A stretch of 59,558 bases of DNA from Betaproteobacteria bacterium (GTDB lineage: Bacteria; Pseudomonadota; Gammaproteobacteria; Burkholderiales; SG8-41): assembly GCA_003820645.1 (NCBI GenBank), contig RPOR01000007.1:1-59558 (forward strand), in the 5' to 3' direction. The translations under genes were made by a program, and so were the position numbers. This document shows, in pieces, positions 29,710 to 41,414 of this stretch. Positions within the stretch are counted from its first letter, which is position 1, and every line of letters begins with the position of its first letter. The notes below the pieces were generated by a model. The model did no database searches, was not told the DNA's origin, and saw only the letters and a program-made list of their open reading frames with translations.

Positions 29710-31824
29710 TTGGATCCGGTAAAGAAAACGTTGATGTGGGGTCGCCACCAGCTGACGCTGGAGACCGGCGAAATTGCGCGCCAGGCTTCCGGCGCCGTAG
29801 TCGTCACAATGGAAGACACGGTGGTTCTGGTCACCGTTGTCGGCGCGCGTAATGCGAAGCCGGGACAGGACTTCTTCCCGCTGACGGTGGATTATCAGGA
29901 ACGCACTTACGCCGCCGGCAAGATTCCCGGTGGGTTTTTCCGTCGCGAAGGTCGACCGTCAGAGAAGGAAATCCTGACCTGCCGCCTGATCGATCGCCCG
30001 ATACGCCCGCTGTTTCCCGAAGGTTTTTACAATGAAGTGCAGATCGTTGCCACGGTAATGTCTTCGAATAGCGAGATTGATGCCGACATCCCGGCCATGG
30101 TCGGTGCCTCGGCCGCGCTGGCGCTCTCGGGCATGCCGTTCGACGGGCCGATCGGGGCGGCGCGCGTGGGCTACAGCAACGGCCAGTACATCCTGAATCC
30201 GACTGCGACCGAACTGAAAACTTCGCAGCTGGATCTGGTCGTTGCTGGCACTCAGCACGCCGTGCTGATGGTGGAATCGGAAGCGCAGCAACTCTCCGAA
30301 GACGTCATGCTCGGTGCCGTGGTGTTCGGCCACGAGCAGTTGCAAACGGTTATCAACGCGATCAATGAAATGGTCGATGAAATCGGCGTTCCGGAATATA
30401 ACTGGGAGCCGCCGCAGAAAGATGAGCAACTCATCGCGCGTATGGCGCAAATCGCCGAGGCCGACCTGCGTCAGGCCTATCAAATCAAGCAGAAGCAGGC
30501 GCGTACCGTGCGCGTCAAGGAAATCAGCACAAAAGTGATCGCTGAATTGCTGCCGGCGGATGCATCGCCCGACCTGATCAATGCAGTGAAGGCGGAATTC
30601 GGAAATATCGAGGCAAAAATCGTCCGCAACCAGATCCTCGACGGCGAACCGCGCATCGACGGCCGCGATACGCGCACGGTGCGCCCGATCACCATTCGTA
30701 CCGGCGTGCTGCCGCGCACTCACGGCTCTGCGCTGTTCACCCGCGGCGAAACCCAGGCCATTGTGGTTGCGACGCTGGGCACTTCACGCGACGAGCAGAT
30801 TATCGATGCGCTGCAGGGCGAGTATCGTGACCGCTTCATGCTGCACTACAATTTCCCGCCGTATTCCACCGGTGAAACCGGACGCGTCGGTTCGCCTAAG
30901 CGTCGCGAAATCGGTCATGGACGTCTGGCCAAGCGCGCATTGGTCGCAGTGCTGCCATCAGCCGAAGAATTTGCTTATTCCATTCGTGTCGTTTCGGAAA
31001 TTACCGAATCCAACGGATCGAGCTCGATGGCCTCGGTCTGTGGCGGTTGCCTGGCACTGATGGATGCCGGCGTGCCGCTGAAGGCGCATGTCGCGGGTAT
31101 CGCCATGGGCCTGATCAAGGAAGGCAACCGGTTTGCGGTGCTGTCGGACATTCTCGGTGACGAGGATCATCTCGGCGACATGGACTTCAAGGTGGCAGGA
31201 ACCGAGAGCGGCGTAACGGCATTGCAAATGGACATCAAGATCACCGGCATCACCAAGGAGATTATGCATGCCGCGCTGGTCCAGGCCCGAGAAGGACGCC
31301 TGCACATTCTGGAGAAAATGCGCAGCACTATCGACACGCCGCGCGCAGAACTCTCGGCTTGGGCGCCGCGCATGATCACGATGAAAATCAAACCCGAGAA
31401 AATCCGCGATGTCATCGGCAAGGGCGGGGCGGTCATTCGGGCGATTACCGAGGAAACCGGCACCACCATCGACATCCAGGATGACGGCATGGTCACCATT
31501 GCCTGTGTGTCCTCGGAAGGCGGCGAAAACGCCCGCAAGCGCATCGAAGAACTGACGGCGGACGTCGAGGTCGGGCGGATTTACGAAGGTACCGTGCTCA
31601 AGCTGCTGGACTTTGGTGCGATCGTCAGCGTGCTGCCCGGACGCGACGGCCTGCTGCATATTTCGCAGATCGCCAATGAGCGCGTCAACAGCGTTGCCGA
31701 TCACCTCAAGGAAGGCCAGTCGGTGCGGGTAAAAGTACTCGAGGCCGATGAAAAGGGGCGTCTGCGCCTGTCGATGAAGGCGGTGGCTGCAGCTGCGGAA
31801 TCGCAGCCCGAGCAGGTTCAGTAA
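29710..31824 (+). CDS. pnp: Polyribonucleotide nucleotidyltransferase (PNPase)
   Basis: [39 protein letters not shown] and S1 domains; TTG start at 29710 after AAGGA. Confidence 0.97.
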   Translation: MDPVKKTLMWGRHQLTLETGEIARQASGAVVVTMEDTVVLVTVVGARNAKPGQDFFPLTVDYQERTYAAGKIPGGFFRREGRPSEKEILTCRLIDRPIRPLFPEGFYNEVQIVATVMSSNSEIDADIPAMVGASAALALSGMPFDGPIGAARVGYSNGQYILNPTATELKTSQLDLVVAGTQHAVLMVESEAQQLSEDVMLGAVVFGHEQLQTVINAINEMVDEIGVPEYNWEPPQKDEQLIARMAQIAEADLRQAYQIKQKQARTVRVKEISTKVIAELLPADASPDLINAVKAEFGNIEAKIVRNQILDGEPRIDGRDTRTVRPITIRTGVLPRTHGSALFTRGETQAIVVATLGTSRDEQIIDALQGEYRDRFMLHYNFPPYSTGETGRVGSPKRREIGHGRLAKRALVAVLPSAEEFAYSIRVVSEITESNGSSSMASVCGGCLALMDAGVPLKAHVAGIAMGLIKEGNRFAVLSDILGDEDHLGDMDFKVAGTESGVTALQMDIKITGITKEIMHAALVQAREGRLHILEKMRSTIDTPRAELSAWAPRMITMKIKPEKIRDVIGKGGAVIRAITEETGTTIDIQDDGMVTIACVSSEGGENARKRIEELTADVEVGRIYEGTVLKLLDFGAIVSVLPGRDGLLHISQIANERVNSVADHLKEGQSVRVKVLEADEKGRLRLSMKAVAAAAESQPEQVQ

Positions 31825-31867
31825 CAAGCTCCGGGAGCCGGCGCCGGACGATCGGTGCGAGGCCATG

Positions 31868-31898
31868 AAAAAAAGGGGGGCTTTGCCCCCCTTTTTTT
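31868..31898. terminator. Bidirectional intrinsic terminator (pnp / dksA)
   Basis: A7-GGGGGGC-TTT-GCCCCCC-T7. Confidence 0.92.
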
Positions 31899-31926
31899 GT
31901 AGCTGCCGACGGCGGGTTCGAGGCTG

Positions 31927-32349
31927 TTACTTGGCGACCTGCCGTTCCCGCAACTCGTCAAGCGTCTTGCAGTCGATGCAGAGCGTAGCAGTCGGGCGTG
32001 CCTCCAGCCGCTTGAGGCCGATTTCCACTCCGCACGAATCGCAATACCCATAATCCTTGGCGGCAATACGGGCGATGGTTTCGTCGATTTTCTTGATCAG
32101 CTTGCGCTCACGATCGCGATTGCGCAACTCCAGCGACATGTCTGACTCCTGGCTGGCGCGGTCGTTGGGATCGGCGAATATGGTTGCTTCGTCCTGCATC
32201 GTGTGAACGGTGCGGTCAATGTCCTGGGACAGTTCCCGCTTCATTTCTTCGAGCATGGTGCGGAAATGCGCAAGTTGCCGCGCATTCATGTATTCCTCTT
32301 TGCCTTTGGGTTTGTAGGCAGGGAAATTCTTGAGTATTTCAGTGGCCAT
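31927..32349 (-). CDS. dksA: RNA polymerase-binding factor DksA
   Basis: ADPNDRASQE coiled-coil tip, CDSC...RLEARP...CIDC zinc finger; start may be 32349 or 32358. Confidence 0.95.
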   Translation of the reverse strand: MATEILKNFPAYKPKGKEEYMNARQLAHFRTMLEEMKRELSQDIDRTVHTMQDEATIFADPNDRASQESDMSLELRNRDRERKLIKKIDETIARIAAKDYGYCDSCGVEIGLKRLEARPTATLCIDCKTLDELRERQVAK

Positions 32350-32440
32350 AAAGATCATTATGCGCTTAAAAAAAGAGCTTTAATAACAGAATTCGATAGC
32401 CGTCGCAAGCAAACGGACTACCCCGGAAATGCGTGTGCAA

Positions 32441-32477
32441 TTGACGCTAACGTCAGGGGCGGAGTATATTACGCGCC
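32441..32477 (+). promoter_or_regulatory. Putative sigma70 promoter of the tRNA pair with GC-rich discriminator
   Basis: TTGACG-18nt-TATATT-ACGCGCC. Confidence 0.6.
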
Positions 32478-32518
32478 TTCAGTCCCAGCGGGAAAAGTCC
32501 CGGCATGCCCGCCCGTTT

Positions 32519-32595
32519 GTGCCCGTAGCTCAACCGGATAGAGCACCGGCCTTCTAAGCCGGGGGTTGTGGGTTCGAGTCCCGCCGGGCGCGCCA
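32519..32595 (+). tRNA. tRNA-Arg(TCT)
   Basis: Acceptor stem GTGCCCG/CGGGCGC, anticodon arm CCGGC-CTTCTAA-GCCGG, T-loop GGTTCGAGTCCC, encoded CCA. Confidence 0.96.
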
Positions 32596-32624
32596 GTAAA
32601 CAGCGCATTAGAGTTGGTTCCAGT

Positions 32625-32701
32625 GGTGGCTGTAGCTCAGTTGGTAGAGTCCTGGATTGTGATTCCAGTTGTCGTGGGTTCGAGTCCCATCAGCCACCCC
32701 A
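32625..32701 (+). tRNA. tRNA-His(GTG)
   Basis: G-1 plus GTGGCTG/CAGCCAC acceptor stem, anticodon arm CTGGA-TTGTGAT-TCCAG, GGTTCGAGTCCC, C73 and CCA. Confidence 0.97.
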
Positions 32702-32731
32702 CCTTGTTCCGGCCGAGCAGCAGGACATCGC

Positions 32732-33178
32732 CTATGCTCTGGTGCGAAGCGCCCGCTGCTGTTCGCGTTGCCATTCCTTGTCCTTTTCGGTGGCACGCTT
32801 GTCATGCTGTTTCTTGCCCTTGGCCAATCCGATCTCCAGCTTGATCTTGCCCTTGGCGTAATGCAGGTCCAATGGCACCAGGGTGTATCCGGCACGCTCC
32901 ACGCTGCCGATCAGTCGGCTGATTTCTTCGGCATGCAGCAGCAGCTTGCGGGTACGCACCGGATCGGGGAGGACATGCTTGGACGCTGTCGGCAGCGGGC
33001 TAATATGGCAGCCCATCAGGAACAGTTCAGAATTGCTGACAATGACATATGCCTCCTTGATTTGTGCCCGTCCGGCCCGGATGGCTTTTACCTCCCAGCC
33101 TTCCAGAGCGATACCCGCCTCATAGCGCTGTTCGATAAAATAGTCATGAAATGCCTTTTTGTTCTGAACGATACTCAT
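32732..33178 (-). CDS. smpB: SsrA-binding protein SmpB
   Basis: [36 protein letters not shown]. Confidence 0.97.
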   Translation of the reverse strand: MSIVQNKKAFHDYFIEQRYEAGIALEGWEVKAIRAGRAQIKEAYVIVSNSELFLMGCHISPLPTASKHVLPDPVRTRKLLLHAEEISRLIGSVERAGYTLVPLDLHYAKGKIKLEIGLAKGKKQHDKRATEKDKEWQREQQRALRTRA

Positions 33179-33242
33179 TGCGTAACCAGATAATGACAAG
33201 TTGTATTTTAACCGGGCCGGCCGTGCCAGTGCGGTTTACCGC

Positions 33243-33677
33243 ATGAAGGTATCCCGCTCGGCCCTGTTGCCCTTCAGCGCGGAGCAAATGTTCAGCCTGG
33301 TCGACGATGTTGAGCGTTACCCCGCGTTTCTGCCTTGGTGCAGCGGCACTGCAGTGCCCAGACGCGACGCAGATACGACTTGCGCAACTCTGCACATCAA
33401 CTATCGCGGTATTCGCCAGAGTTTTTCAACCGAGAACCGCAAGCAGTTTCCGGTCCGGATGACCATGCATCTGGTCGAAGGCCCGTTCCGGTCGCTCGAC
33501 GGGGAATGGCGATTCACGCCACTGGGTGATGGCGCATGCAAAATTGATTTCCAACTGCAGTACGAGTTTTCCAGCAAATTGCTCGAAAAACTGGTGGGGC
33601 CTGTATTCGGGTACATAGCGAGTACCATGGTCGATGCGTTCCAGCAACGGGCAGAGCAGCTCTACCGCAACGTATGA
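33243..33677 (+). CDS. ratA: RatA/PasT (Coq10/START domain) protein
   Basis: MFSLVDDVERYPAFLPWC, GPFRSLDGEWRF; divergent from smpB. Confidence 0.9.
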   Translation: MKVSRSALLPFSAEQMFSLVDDVERYPAFLPWCSGTAVPRRDADTTCATLHINYRGIRQSFSTENRKQFPVRMTMHLVEGPFRSLDGEWRFTPLGDGACKIDFQLQYEFSSKLLEKLVGPVFGYIASTMVDAFQQRAEQLYRNV

Positions 33678-33690
33678 GGCCGGGTTGCTA

Positions 33691-33954
33691 GTGTCCGTGG
33701 TTTACGCGCTGCCCGGGCGGCCGATCGTGCGCGAGGTGGAGCTTCCCGACGGCGCAACGCTTGCGGTCGCCTTGCGGCGCTCCGGTTTGCTGCGCGAATT
33801 TCCGGAAATCGATCCGGCAGCTACGCCAGTCGGCGTATATGGACAGGTCATGCCGCCGGATACGATTTTGTGCCCCGGCGACCGCGTCGAGATCTACCGG
33901 CCGTTAGGGGCGGAACCGAAGGTGGCGCGCCGGAAACGCGCCAGCAAACGCTAA
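33691..33954 (+). CDS. rnfH: RnfH/RatB (PasI) ubiquitin-like protein
   Basis: VVYALP, VGVYG, GDRVEIYRPL..PK..RR.RA; exact start uncertain (TTG 33685 or GTG 33691). Confidence 0.88.
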   Translation: MSVVYALPGRPIVREVELPDGATLAVALRRSGLLREFPEIDPAATPVGVYGQVMPPDTILCPGDRVEIYRPLGAEPKVARRKRASKR

Positions 33955-33958
33955 ACGC

Positions 33959-34405
33959 TCATTTGCAGTTGGTATCCACTGCGCGCTGCGCCCGCGCTGC
34001 TTCCACGGCACGTTCAGCATCGTCAAGAAACACGAGTTCGCCGGTTTTGGGATCGGGTTTCGTGATCCTGCTGCCGGCCTGCAGGCCGCGCAGATAGGTT
34101 TGCGCGGCTTCACAGTTCTGCTTCCGGTCCGCGGCGTCGCGGGACTTTTCCTCGGTTTTCTTCGCCGTATCCTGTTGCTCGAGCTGGCGCTTGCGAAATT
34201 CGGCATCCCGCTCGGTCAATGACTTTTGCGGAGCAGCCGAAGCAGCGCCCGGATTGTTGCGGATACCGGTGGCTTCCGCCCTGGTCCCCGGTGGGCAGGC
34301 AGTCGCAAACTCGACACGGCCACCGGCACCGATGCATTTCATGATCTGGGCATGCGCCGCAGCCGGCAAGGCTATCAGGGCAAGGATGACAAAAACGTTT
34401 CTCAT
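33959..34405 (-). CDS. DUF4124-like exported protein
   Basis: Signal peptide [17 protein letters not shown]...CP, coiled coil, C-terminal Cys pair. Confidence 0.75.
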   Translation of the reverse strand: MRNVFVILALIALPAAAHAQIMKCIGAGGRVEFATACPPGTRAEATGIRNNPGAASAAPQKSLTERDAEFRKRQLEQQDTAKKTEEKSRDAADRKQNCEAAQTYLRGLQAGSRITKPDPKTGELVFLDDAERAVEAARAQRAVDTNCK

Positions 34406-34553
34406 GATCAGGGCCTGGTCAATGTGAATAATGAACCCATACCAATGCTGGTGCACGGCTTGAATGCGAGGCATCGCGCCTTACTTGATTTTGCAACTGC
34501 CCAGAAAATAGCCAGTTTGCGTGTCGCAGTCAATGTAACAACGCCACAGTCAG

Positions 34554-34588
34554 TTTACCGTTTACGGCTCAGCGCCTATAATCCGCGC
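34554..34588 (+). promoter_or_regulatory. Putative guaB promoter
   Basis: TTTACC-17nt-TATAAT-CCGCGC (GC-rich discriminator). Confidence 0.6.
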
Positions 34589-34606
34589 TTTGCGAGGGAC
34601 GCCTCC

Positions 34607-36073
34607 ATGCGTGTGGTGCAAAAAGCCCTGACTTTCGACGATGTTCTGCTGATTCCGGCGCATTCGGCGATCCTGCCAAGGGAAGTCAGCCTCAAGACCA
34701 AGCTTACCCGTGGCATTTCCCTGAATATACCGCTGCTGTCGGCGGCCATGGACACCGTGACCGAGGCCCGTCTGGCCATCGCCATTGCTCAGGAAGGCGG
34801 CATTGGCATCGTGCACAAGAACATGACCCCCAAGGCGCAGGCCGTCGAAGTTACCAAGGTCAAGCGTTTCGAGAGCGGCATTGTCAAGGACCCGATCACG
34901 ATCACCAAGGACATGACCGTCAGGGATGTCCTGGCATTGACGCAGCAGTACCACATTTCCGGACTGCCGGTGATCGAGCCTGACGGCAAAGTCGTCGGCA
35001 TAGTCACCAACCGCGACCTGCGCTTCGAGAGCAAGCTCAACCAGCCGGTCAAGAACATCATGACGCCCCGGGCCAAGCTGATCACGGTCCGGGAGGGCTC
35101 AAGCCGGGAAGAAGCCCGGATGCTGATGCACAAGCACCGCCTGGAGCGAGTGCTGGTGGTCAACAAGAACTTCGAATTGCGTGGCCTGGTGACGGTCAAG
35201 GATATCCTGAAATCCTCCGAACATCCCAACGCCTGCAAGGACAGGCTGGGGCGTCTGCGCGTCGGTGCAGCGGTCGGGGTCGGCGAGGGCACGGAGGAAC
35301 GCGCTGAAGCGCTGGTCGAGGCCGGCGTCGACGTCATCATCGTGGATACCGCGCACGGACATTCCGAGGGGGTGCTGAGACGCGTGCGCTGGCTGAAGCG
35401 CACCTACCCGAAACTGCAGGTCATCGGCGGCAATATCGCGACCGCCACGGCGGCGAAAGCGCTGGTCGATCACGGCGCCGATGGTGTCAAAGTCGGTATC
35501 GGCCCGGGATCGATCTGCACCACCCGTGTGGTCGCCGGCATCGGCGTGCCGCAGATCTCTGCCGTGGCCAATGTGGCCAAAGCGCTGCAGAAGACCGATG
35601 TGCCACTGATCGCCGACGGCGGTATCCGCTACTCCGGCGACATCGCCAAGGCGATTGCTGCCGGCGCACATACCGTCATGGTCGGCAGCCTGTTTGCCGG
35701 CACCGAAGAATCACCCGGTGAAATCGAACTGTTCCAGGGCCGCTCCTATAAATCCTATCGCGGCATGGGGTCCCTTGGCGCCATGCAGCAAGGCTCCGCC
35801 GACCGCTATTTCCAGGAACTTGACGAACTGGATACCGAGAAACTGGTGCCCGAAGGCGTCGAAGGCCGCGTTCCTTACAAGGGCGGCGTGGCACCGCTGA
35901 TCCACCAGCTGATGGGCGGCCTGCGCGCGAGCATGGGTTACATGGGCTGCGGCACCATCGACGCCGTCCGGCGTGATGCGGAATTCGTCGAAATTACGAC
36001 GGCTGGCGTGCGTGAATCGCATGTGCATGATGTGCAGATCGTCAAGGAAGCGCCGAATTACCGCGTGGAATAA
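34607..36073 (+). CDS. guaB: IMP dehydrogenase
   Basis: [21 protein letters not shown] pair, [17 protein letters not shown]; start ATG 34607. Confidence 0.97.
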   Translation: MRVVQKALTFDDVLLIPAHSAILPREVSLKTKLTRGISLNIPLLSAAMDTVTEARLAIAIAQEGGIGIVHKNMTPKAQAVEVTKVKRFESGIVKDPITITKDMTVRDVLALTQQYHISGLPVIEPDGKVVGIVTNRDLRFESKLNQPVKNIMTPRAKLITVREGSSREEARMLMHKHRLERVLVVNKNFELRGLVTVKDILKSSEHPNACKDRLGRLRVGAAVGVGEGTEERAEALVEAGVDVIIVDTAHGHSEGVLRRVRWLKRTYPKLQVIGGNIATATAAKALVDHGADGVKVGIGPGSICTTRVVAGIGVPQISAVANVAKALQKTDVPLIADGGIRYSGDIAKAIAAGAHTVMVGSLFAGTEESPGEIELFQGRSYKSYRGMGSLGAMQQGSADRYFQELDELDTEKLVPEGVEGRVPYKGGVAPLIHQLMGGLRASMGYMGCGTIDAVRRDAEFVEITTAGVRESHVHDVQIVKEAPNYRVE

Positions 36074-36125
36074 TCCGTTCGCCGGCGCAATCCGCCCCGG
36101 CGCCTGAAAACCAGCCCGTCCGGTC

Positions 36126-37697
36126 GTGCACGTGCATCACGAAAAAATCCTGATTCTTGATTTCGGCTCGCAATACACCCAGTTGATTGCGCGCCGGGTG
36201 CGCGAGCTGCATGTCTACTGTGAACTGCACCCGCATGATGTCACCGATGACTTCATCCGTGTGTTCAAGCCGAGCGGCGTGATCCTCTCCGGCGGGCCCG
36301 CCTCGGTATGGGAAGAGAGCACGCCGCGTGCTCCTGCACTCGTTTACAGCCTGGGCGTGCCGGTCCTCGGCATCTGCTACGGCATGCAGACCATGGCGGA
36401 GCAGCTGGGCGGCAAAGTCGAAATGGGCAAGGTTCGCGAATTCGGTTATGCCGAGGTGCGTGCCCGCGGCCACACCGCACTGCTGAATGACCTCCAGGAC
36501 CGGACGACCGCCGACGGTCACGGCATGCTCGACGTGTGGATGAGCCACGGCGACAAGGTCATCGAGATGCCGCAGGGCTTCAAGCTGATGGCCAGCAACG
36601 CGACGTGTCCGATCGCCGGCATGGCGGATGAGGCGCGCCGGTTCTACGGCGTGCAGTTCCACCCCGAGGTCACGCATACTCTGCAGGGCAAGGCACTGAT
36701 CGAGCGCTTTGTGCTGGGCATCTGCGGGCTCTCCGGCGACTGGAGCATGCCCAACTACGTCGAAGAGGCCGTTGCCCGGATCCGGGGCGATGTCGGGGAT
36801 GAGGAGGTCGTGCTTGGCCTCTCGGGTGGTGTTGATTCCTCGGTGGCCGCGGCGCTGATCCATCGAGCCATCGGCAAGCAGCTGACTTGCGTCTTCGTCG
36901 ACAATGGCCTGTTGCGGCTGAATGAAGCCGAACAGGTCATGGCAACTTTCGCCCGCAGCCTCGGCGTCAAAGTCGTGCACGTCGACGCCCGCGACCAGTT
37001 CATGGGGCACCTCGCCGGAGTTGCCGACCCGGAGCAGAAACGCAAGATCATCGGCCGTGAGTTCATCGAGGTCTTTCAGGCGGAATCCGCAAAACTGCCC
37101 AAAGTGAAATGGCTGGCGCAGGGCACCATCTATCCTGATGTCATCGAATCGGCGGGTGCCAAGACCAAGAAGGCGCACACCATCAAGTCGCACCATAACG
37201 TCGGTGGGCTGCCCGATACGCTGCATCTGAAACTGCTCGAGCCGCTGCGTGAACTGTTCAAGGACGAAGTGCGCGAACTGGGGCTGGCACTGGGTTTGCC
37301 GCATGACATGGTGTTTCGCCATCCTTTCCCGGGCCCGGGACTCGGTGTGCGCATCCTCGGCGAGGTCAGGGCGGACTATGCGGATCTGCTGCGCGACGCT
37401 GATGCCATTTTTATTGACGAACTGCGCGCTTCCGGCTGGTATGAAAAGACCGCGCAGGCCTTTGCCGTGTTCCTGCCCGTGAAGTCGGTGGGAGTCATGG
37501 GTGACGGCCGTACCTACGAATACGTGGTCGCACTGCGTGCCGTGCAGACTACGGATTTCATGACGGCGCACTGGGCGGAACTGCCGTACAGCCTGCTGGC
37601 TAAAGTGTCAAACCGCATCATCAACGAAGTGCGCGGCATCAACCGCGTGGTCTACGACATCTCGGGGAAGCCGCCGGCGACGATCGAGTGGGAATGA
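36126..37697 (+). CDS. guaA: GMP synthase (glutamine-hydrolysing)
   Basis: [39 protein letters not shown]. Confidence 0.97.
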   Translation: MHVHHEKILILDFGSQYTQLIARRVRELHVYCELHPHDVTDDFIRVFKPSGVILSGGPASVWEESTPRAPALVYSLGVPVLGICYGMQTMAEQLGGKVEMGKVREFGYAEVRARGHTALLNDLQDRTTADGHGMLDVWMSHGDKVIEMPQGFKLMASNATCPIAGMADEARRFYGVQFHPEVTHTLQGKALIERFVLGICGLSGDWSMPNYVEEAVARIRGDVGDEEVVLGLSGGVDSSVAAALIHRAIGKQLTCVFVDNGLLRLNEAEQVMATFARSLGVKVVHVDARDQFMGHLAGVADPEQKRKIIGREFIEVFQAESAKLPKVKWLAQGTIYPDVIESAGAKTKKAHTIKSHHNVGGLPDTLHLKLLEPLRELFKDEVRELGLALGLPHDMVFRHPFPGPGLGVRILGEVRADYADLLRDADAIFIDELRASGWYEKTAQAFAVFLPVKSVGVMGDGRTYEYVVALRAVQTTDFMTAHWAELPYSLLAKVSNRIINEVRGINRVVYDISGKPPATIEWE

Positions 37698-37794
37698 CCG
37701 CGGCGCAGTTCGCGGCGAATGAGGCAGATTTGTCCGACTGGCGCTGTTCCCGTGCGGCGACTGCCCGTATAATCAGGCGCTTTTTATCCTCCCC

Positions 37795-38697
37795 ATGTGG
37801 TTCAAGAACATTGTGGTCTACCGCCTGCCTGCGGAGATGGCCGTTGCAGCCGACGATCTCGAGCGCAAGCTCGCGAACCAGCCACTGCAGCCCTGCGGCG
37901 GTTTCCAAATGGAAAGCCGGGGCTGGATTCGTCCGCAGGACGATGATTTGTTCCTCTACCAGCAGAACGGTCAGTATCTGCTGGCGCTGGGCGTGGAGCA
38001 GAAACTGCTGCCCGCTTCAGTGATCCGCCAGCAAGCGCGGGACCGGGCTGCGGAGATCGCGCACCAGCAGGCTCACCCGGTTGGCCGCAAGCAGATGCGC
38101 GACATCAAGGACCAGGTAACGAACGAGTTGTTGCCGCGGGCACTCGCGCGCCGGCGGACCACCCATGGGTGGATCGATGCCGCTCGTGGCTGGCTGGTGG
38201 TGGAGGCTGCCGGCGATGCCAAAGCCGAGGAGTTCATGGAAGCACTGCGTCATGCCGATGACGGCATGCAAGCCCTGCGACTGGAGGCGCAACGTTCGCC
38301 GGCTGCAGCCATGTCGGAATGGCTGGTGCGCGGCGAGGCGCCCGGCGTTTTCGACATCGATCAGGACCTTGAGCTGCGCTCTGCCGACGCCAGCAAGGCC
38401 ACGGTCCGCTATGCGCGCCACAACCTCGAGGGACGGGAGATCCGCGATCACATCGCTGCCGGCAAGACCGTGGTGCGACTCGGGCTCACGTGGAACGACA
38501 GGATTTCATTCGTGCTGACCGAGCAACTGCAGGTCCGGCGTCTGACTTTTCTCAACATTCTCAAGCGCGAATCGGATGCCGAAGTCGACGACGACCAGGA
38601 GCAGTTCGAAATTGATTTTGCGCTGATGACAGGCGAGCTCTCGCTGATGCTTGCTGATCTGGTCAAGGCACTTGGCGGCGAGCGAGCGCAAGAATGA
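37795..38697 (+). CDS. rdgC: Recombination-associated protein RdgC
   Basis: MWFKN..VYRL, EQKLLPASVI, LLPRA, DFALMTGEL. Confidence 0.93.
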   Translation: MWFKNIVVYRLPAEMAVAADDLERKLANQPLQPCGGFQMESRGWIRPQDDDLFLYQQNGQYLLALGVEQKLLPASVIRQQARDRAAEIAHQQAHPVGRKQMRDIKDQVTNELLPRALARRRTTHGWIDAARGWLVVEAAGDAKAEEFMEALRHADDGMQALRLEAQRSPAAAMSEWLVRGEAPGVFDIDQDLELRSADASKATVRYARHNLEGREIRDHIAAGKTVVRLGLTWNDRISFVLTEQLQVRRLTFLNILKRESDAEVDDDQEQFEIDFALMTGELSLMLADLVKALGGERAQE

Positions 38698-39125
38698 ACC
38701 CCGGCATTACGCAGGCGCCAAAAGCCAAAACTGTGCATCGCATCGCCACTGAACGTGGTGCGGGCGCTCCGGCTTGCGCACCGGCAACCGCACAGGAGCA
38801 GGTGCGGCAGCAGGATGGATGCAGTTGATGTTATGGCAGTGCAGGAAGCAGGCGGAGCATTTCCCTCTTTACCACGCCGTAGCACTCACACACATGGGCT
38901 TCCAGGCTCGGAATCCGGGTCGACCCGCTGGCGGCAGATCGTGGTCGATGTTGTTGTTCGCACTGCATGAGAAAATGGCCGCGGCACAGTTGCACGGCAC
39001 AAGTCACTGTATAACTTGAGTAGAATCACCGGCCGTGTTTTGCACGATAGAGGCGATGGCACGACCTGGTCGCCATGGGGGATTTTAGCTGGGGAAGCCG
39101 AACAGGGCGCCTATAGGAAATTTCG

Positions 39126-39954
<829 letters not shown>

Positions 39955-40626
39955 GGGTTAAAATTAATATTGTAACGTAAGTTATTGATTTATATAATAA
40001 TAAATTGAATATTTCTCCGCGCATCTAAAGTTTAACTTCGCGCCACCGCCCAGGCCAATCCAAAGCCAGTCTATGCATCCCTTTGGGACGTCACGCCATC
40101 TAGTCAAGACCGGCGTTGGACGGCCTCAGAACAGCTTGTTCGGCGCTGCTTGCCCGATCGGAAGGATGTCCGGGGTCATTGACCGCTTGCTGTGCAAATT
40201 CTGCCTGCCGCTTGTCGGGGCACTGCGGCGACCGGACCCGTGGAGCAACCGGCTTGGCGAGCATCCGGTGTCGACCGCATGTGCTGCTGTATCTGGCATC
40301 GGCAGTCCGGGTGCCGTTGCCACGGACAGGCCCGGGCGCATCGGCTGCAGCGCGCATGCGCAACAGGGATGATTGTCATCATGCCGTCGGCTGAACGCGG
40401 ATGGAAAATTCAACAGAAATAAAGAGTTAACTGTTGTGGGGCGGCTTCAATGCAACGCCACATGTCGTTTCTGCGGGGCCTGACGGTCCCTTTTTGCTGC
40501 GCAATAATCGTTTAAAAACAAATAGTTGTAATGTTTGCGCTCGATCATTGTGCGATGCGCCAAAATGGGCTAAATTGTGCGCCGCAATCGCTCATCAATC
40601 GGGCGCCCATTTAGAAAAGGCACTAC

Positions 40627-41367
40627 ATGCGACTCAAAGACAAAGTAGCGATCATCACTGGCGCGGGCAGGGGTATCGGGCAGGCGACAGCGATCAAATT
40701 TACCCGCGAAGGTGCCAAGGTCGTGGTCTGCGACATCAGGCAGGATTGGATCGACGAAACCGTAAAGCTCTGTCAGGAAGCGGGCGGCACGGCGATGGGG
40801 CAGATTGCCGATGTCCGGGACATGAAATCGCTGGAAGCACTGGTCAATGCCACCGTCGGCAAGTGGGGGCGCATCGATTGCCTGGTCAACAACGCCGGCA
40901 TCGTGGCCGACGCCCAACTGAAGAACATGACTGAAGACCAGTTCGACCGAGTCATCGAGATCAACCTGAAAGGTGTCTACAACTGCACCCGTGCGGTGGT
41001 CAACCAGATGATCGCGCAGCAATCCGGCGTGATCCTCAATTCATCCTCGATCGTTGGTCTCTACGGCAATTTCGGCCAGACCAACTATGCCGCCAGCAAG
41101 TTTGCCGTCATCGGCATGGTCAAGACCTGGGCACGTGAACTGGGGCGCAAGGGAATCCGTGCCAACGCCGTATGTCCGGGCTTCATTTCGACCCCGATCC
41201 TCGGTTCGATACCGGACAAGGTCATCCATGCACTGGAAGAGCGCGTGCCGATGGGCCGTCTCGGCAAACCCGAGGAAATTGCCAATACTTTTGCCTTCCT
41301 TGCTTCCGACGAAGCCAGCTATATCACCGGCGCTGTCCTCGAAGTCAGCGGCGGCCTGACGCTCTGA
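40627..41367 (+). CDS. Short-chain dehydrogenase/reductase, FabG/PhaB-like 3-oxoacyl reductase
   Basis: TGAGRGIG, NNAGI, GQTNYAASK; acidic residue after beta-2 (VCDI) suggests NAD(H) preference; not in a fab operon. Confidence 0.85.
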   Translation: MRLKDKVAIITGAGRGIGQATAIKFTREGAKVVVCDIRQDWIDETVKLCQEAGGTAMGQIADVRDMKSLEALVNATVGKWGRIDCLVNNAGIVADAQLKNMTEDQFDRVIEINLKGVYNCTRAVVNQMIAQQSGVILNSSSIVGLYGNFGQTNYAASKFAVIGMVKTWARELGRKGIRANAVCPGFISTPILGSIPDKVIHALEERVPMGRLGKPEEIANTFAFLASDEASYITGAVLEVSGGLTL

Positions 41368-41414
41368 CCGTCGGTGCCCGGTTATCGCCCGACACGCGGT
41401 CACACGCACGCGTG

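Noticed and set aside
32519-32731. tRNA pair next to smpB as a possible island integration site or ssrA (tmRNA) locus
   Set aside because: No integrase, no duplicated tRNA 3' end seen, only 30 bp between tRNA-His and smpB, and no tmRNA-like sequence.
34226-34606. N-terminal extensions in the ORF track (guaB, also nusA, yciO, ygfZ, the MFS at 46788, mtnA and NRDE)
   Set aside because: Artefacts of longest-ORF calling; family homology and RBS position support the downstream starts listed in features.
37600-37800. guaA 3' end as a genomic island attachment site
   Set aside because: Followed directly by rdgC; no integrase or repeat of the guaA end seen.
39057-39071. TGGCACG sigma54-like -24 element upstream of the ArsC-like gene
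   Set aside because: The -12 position reads GGTC rather than TTGC.
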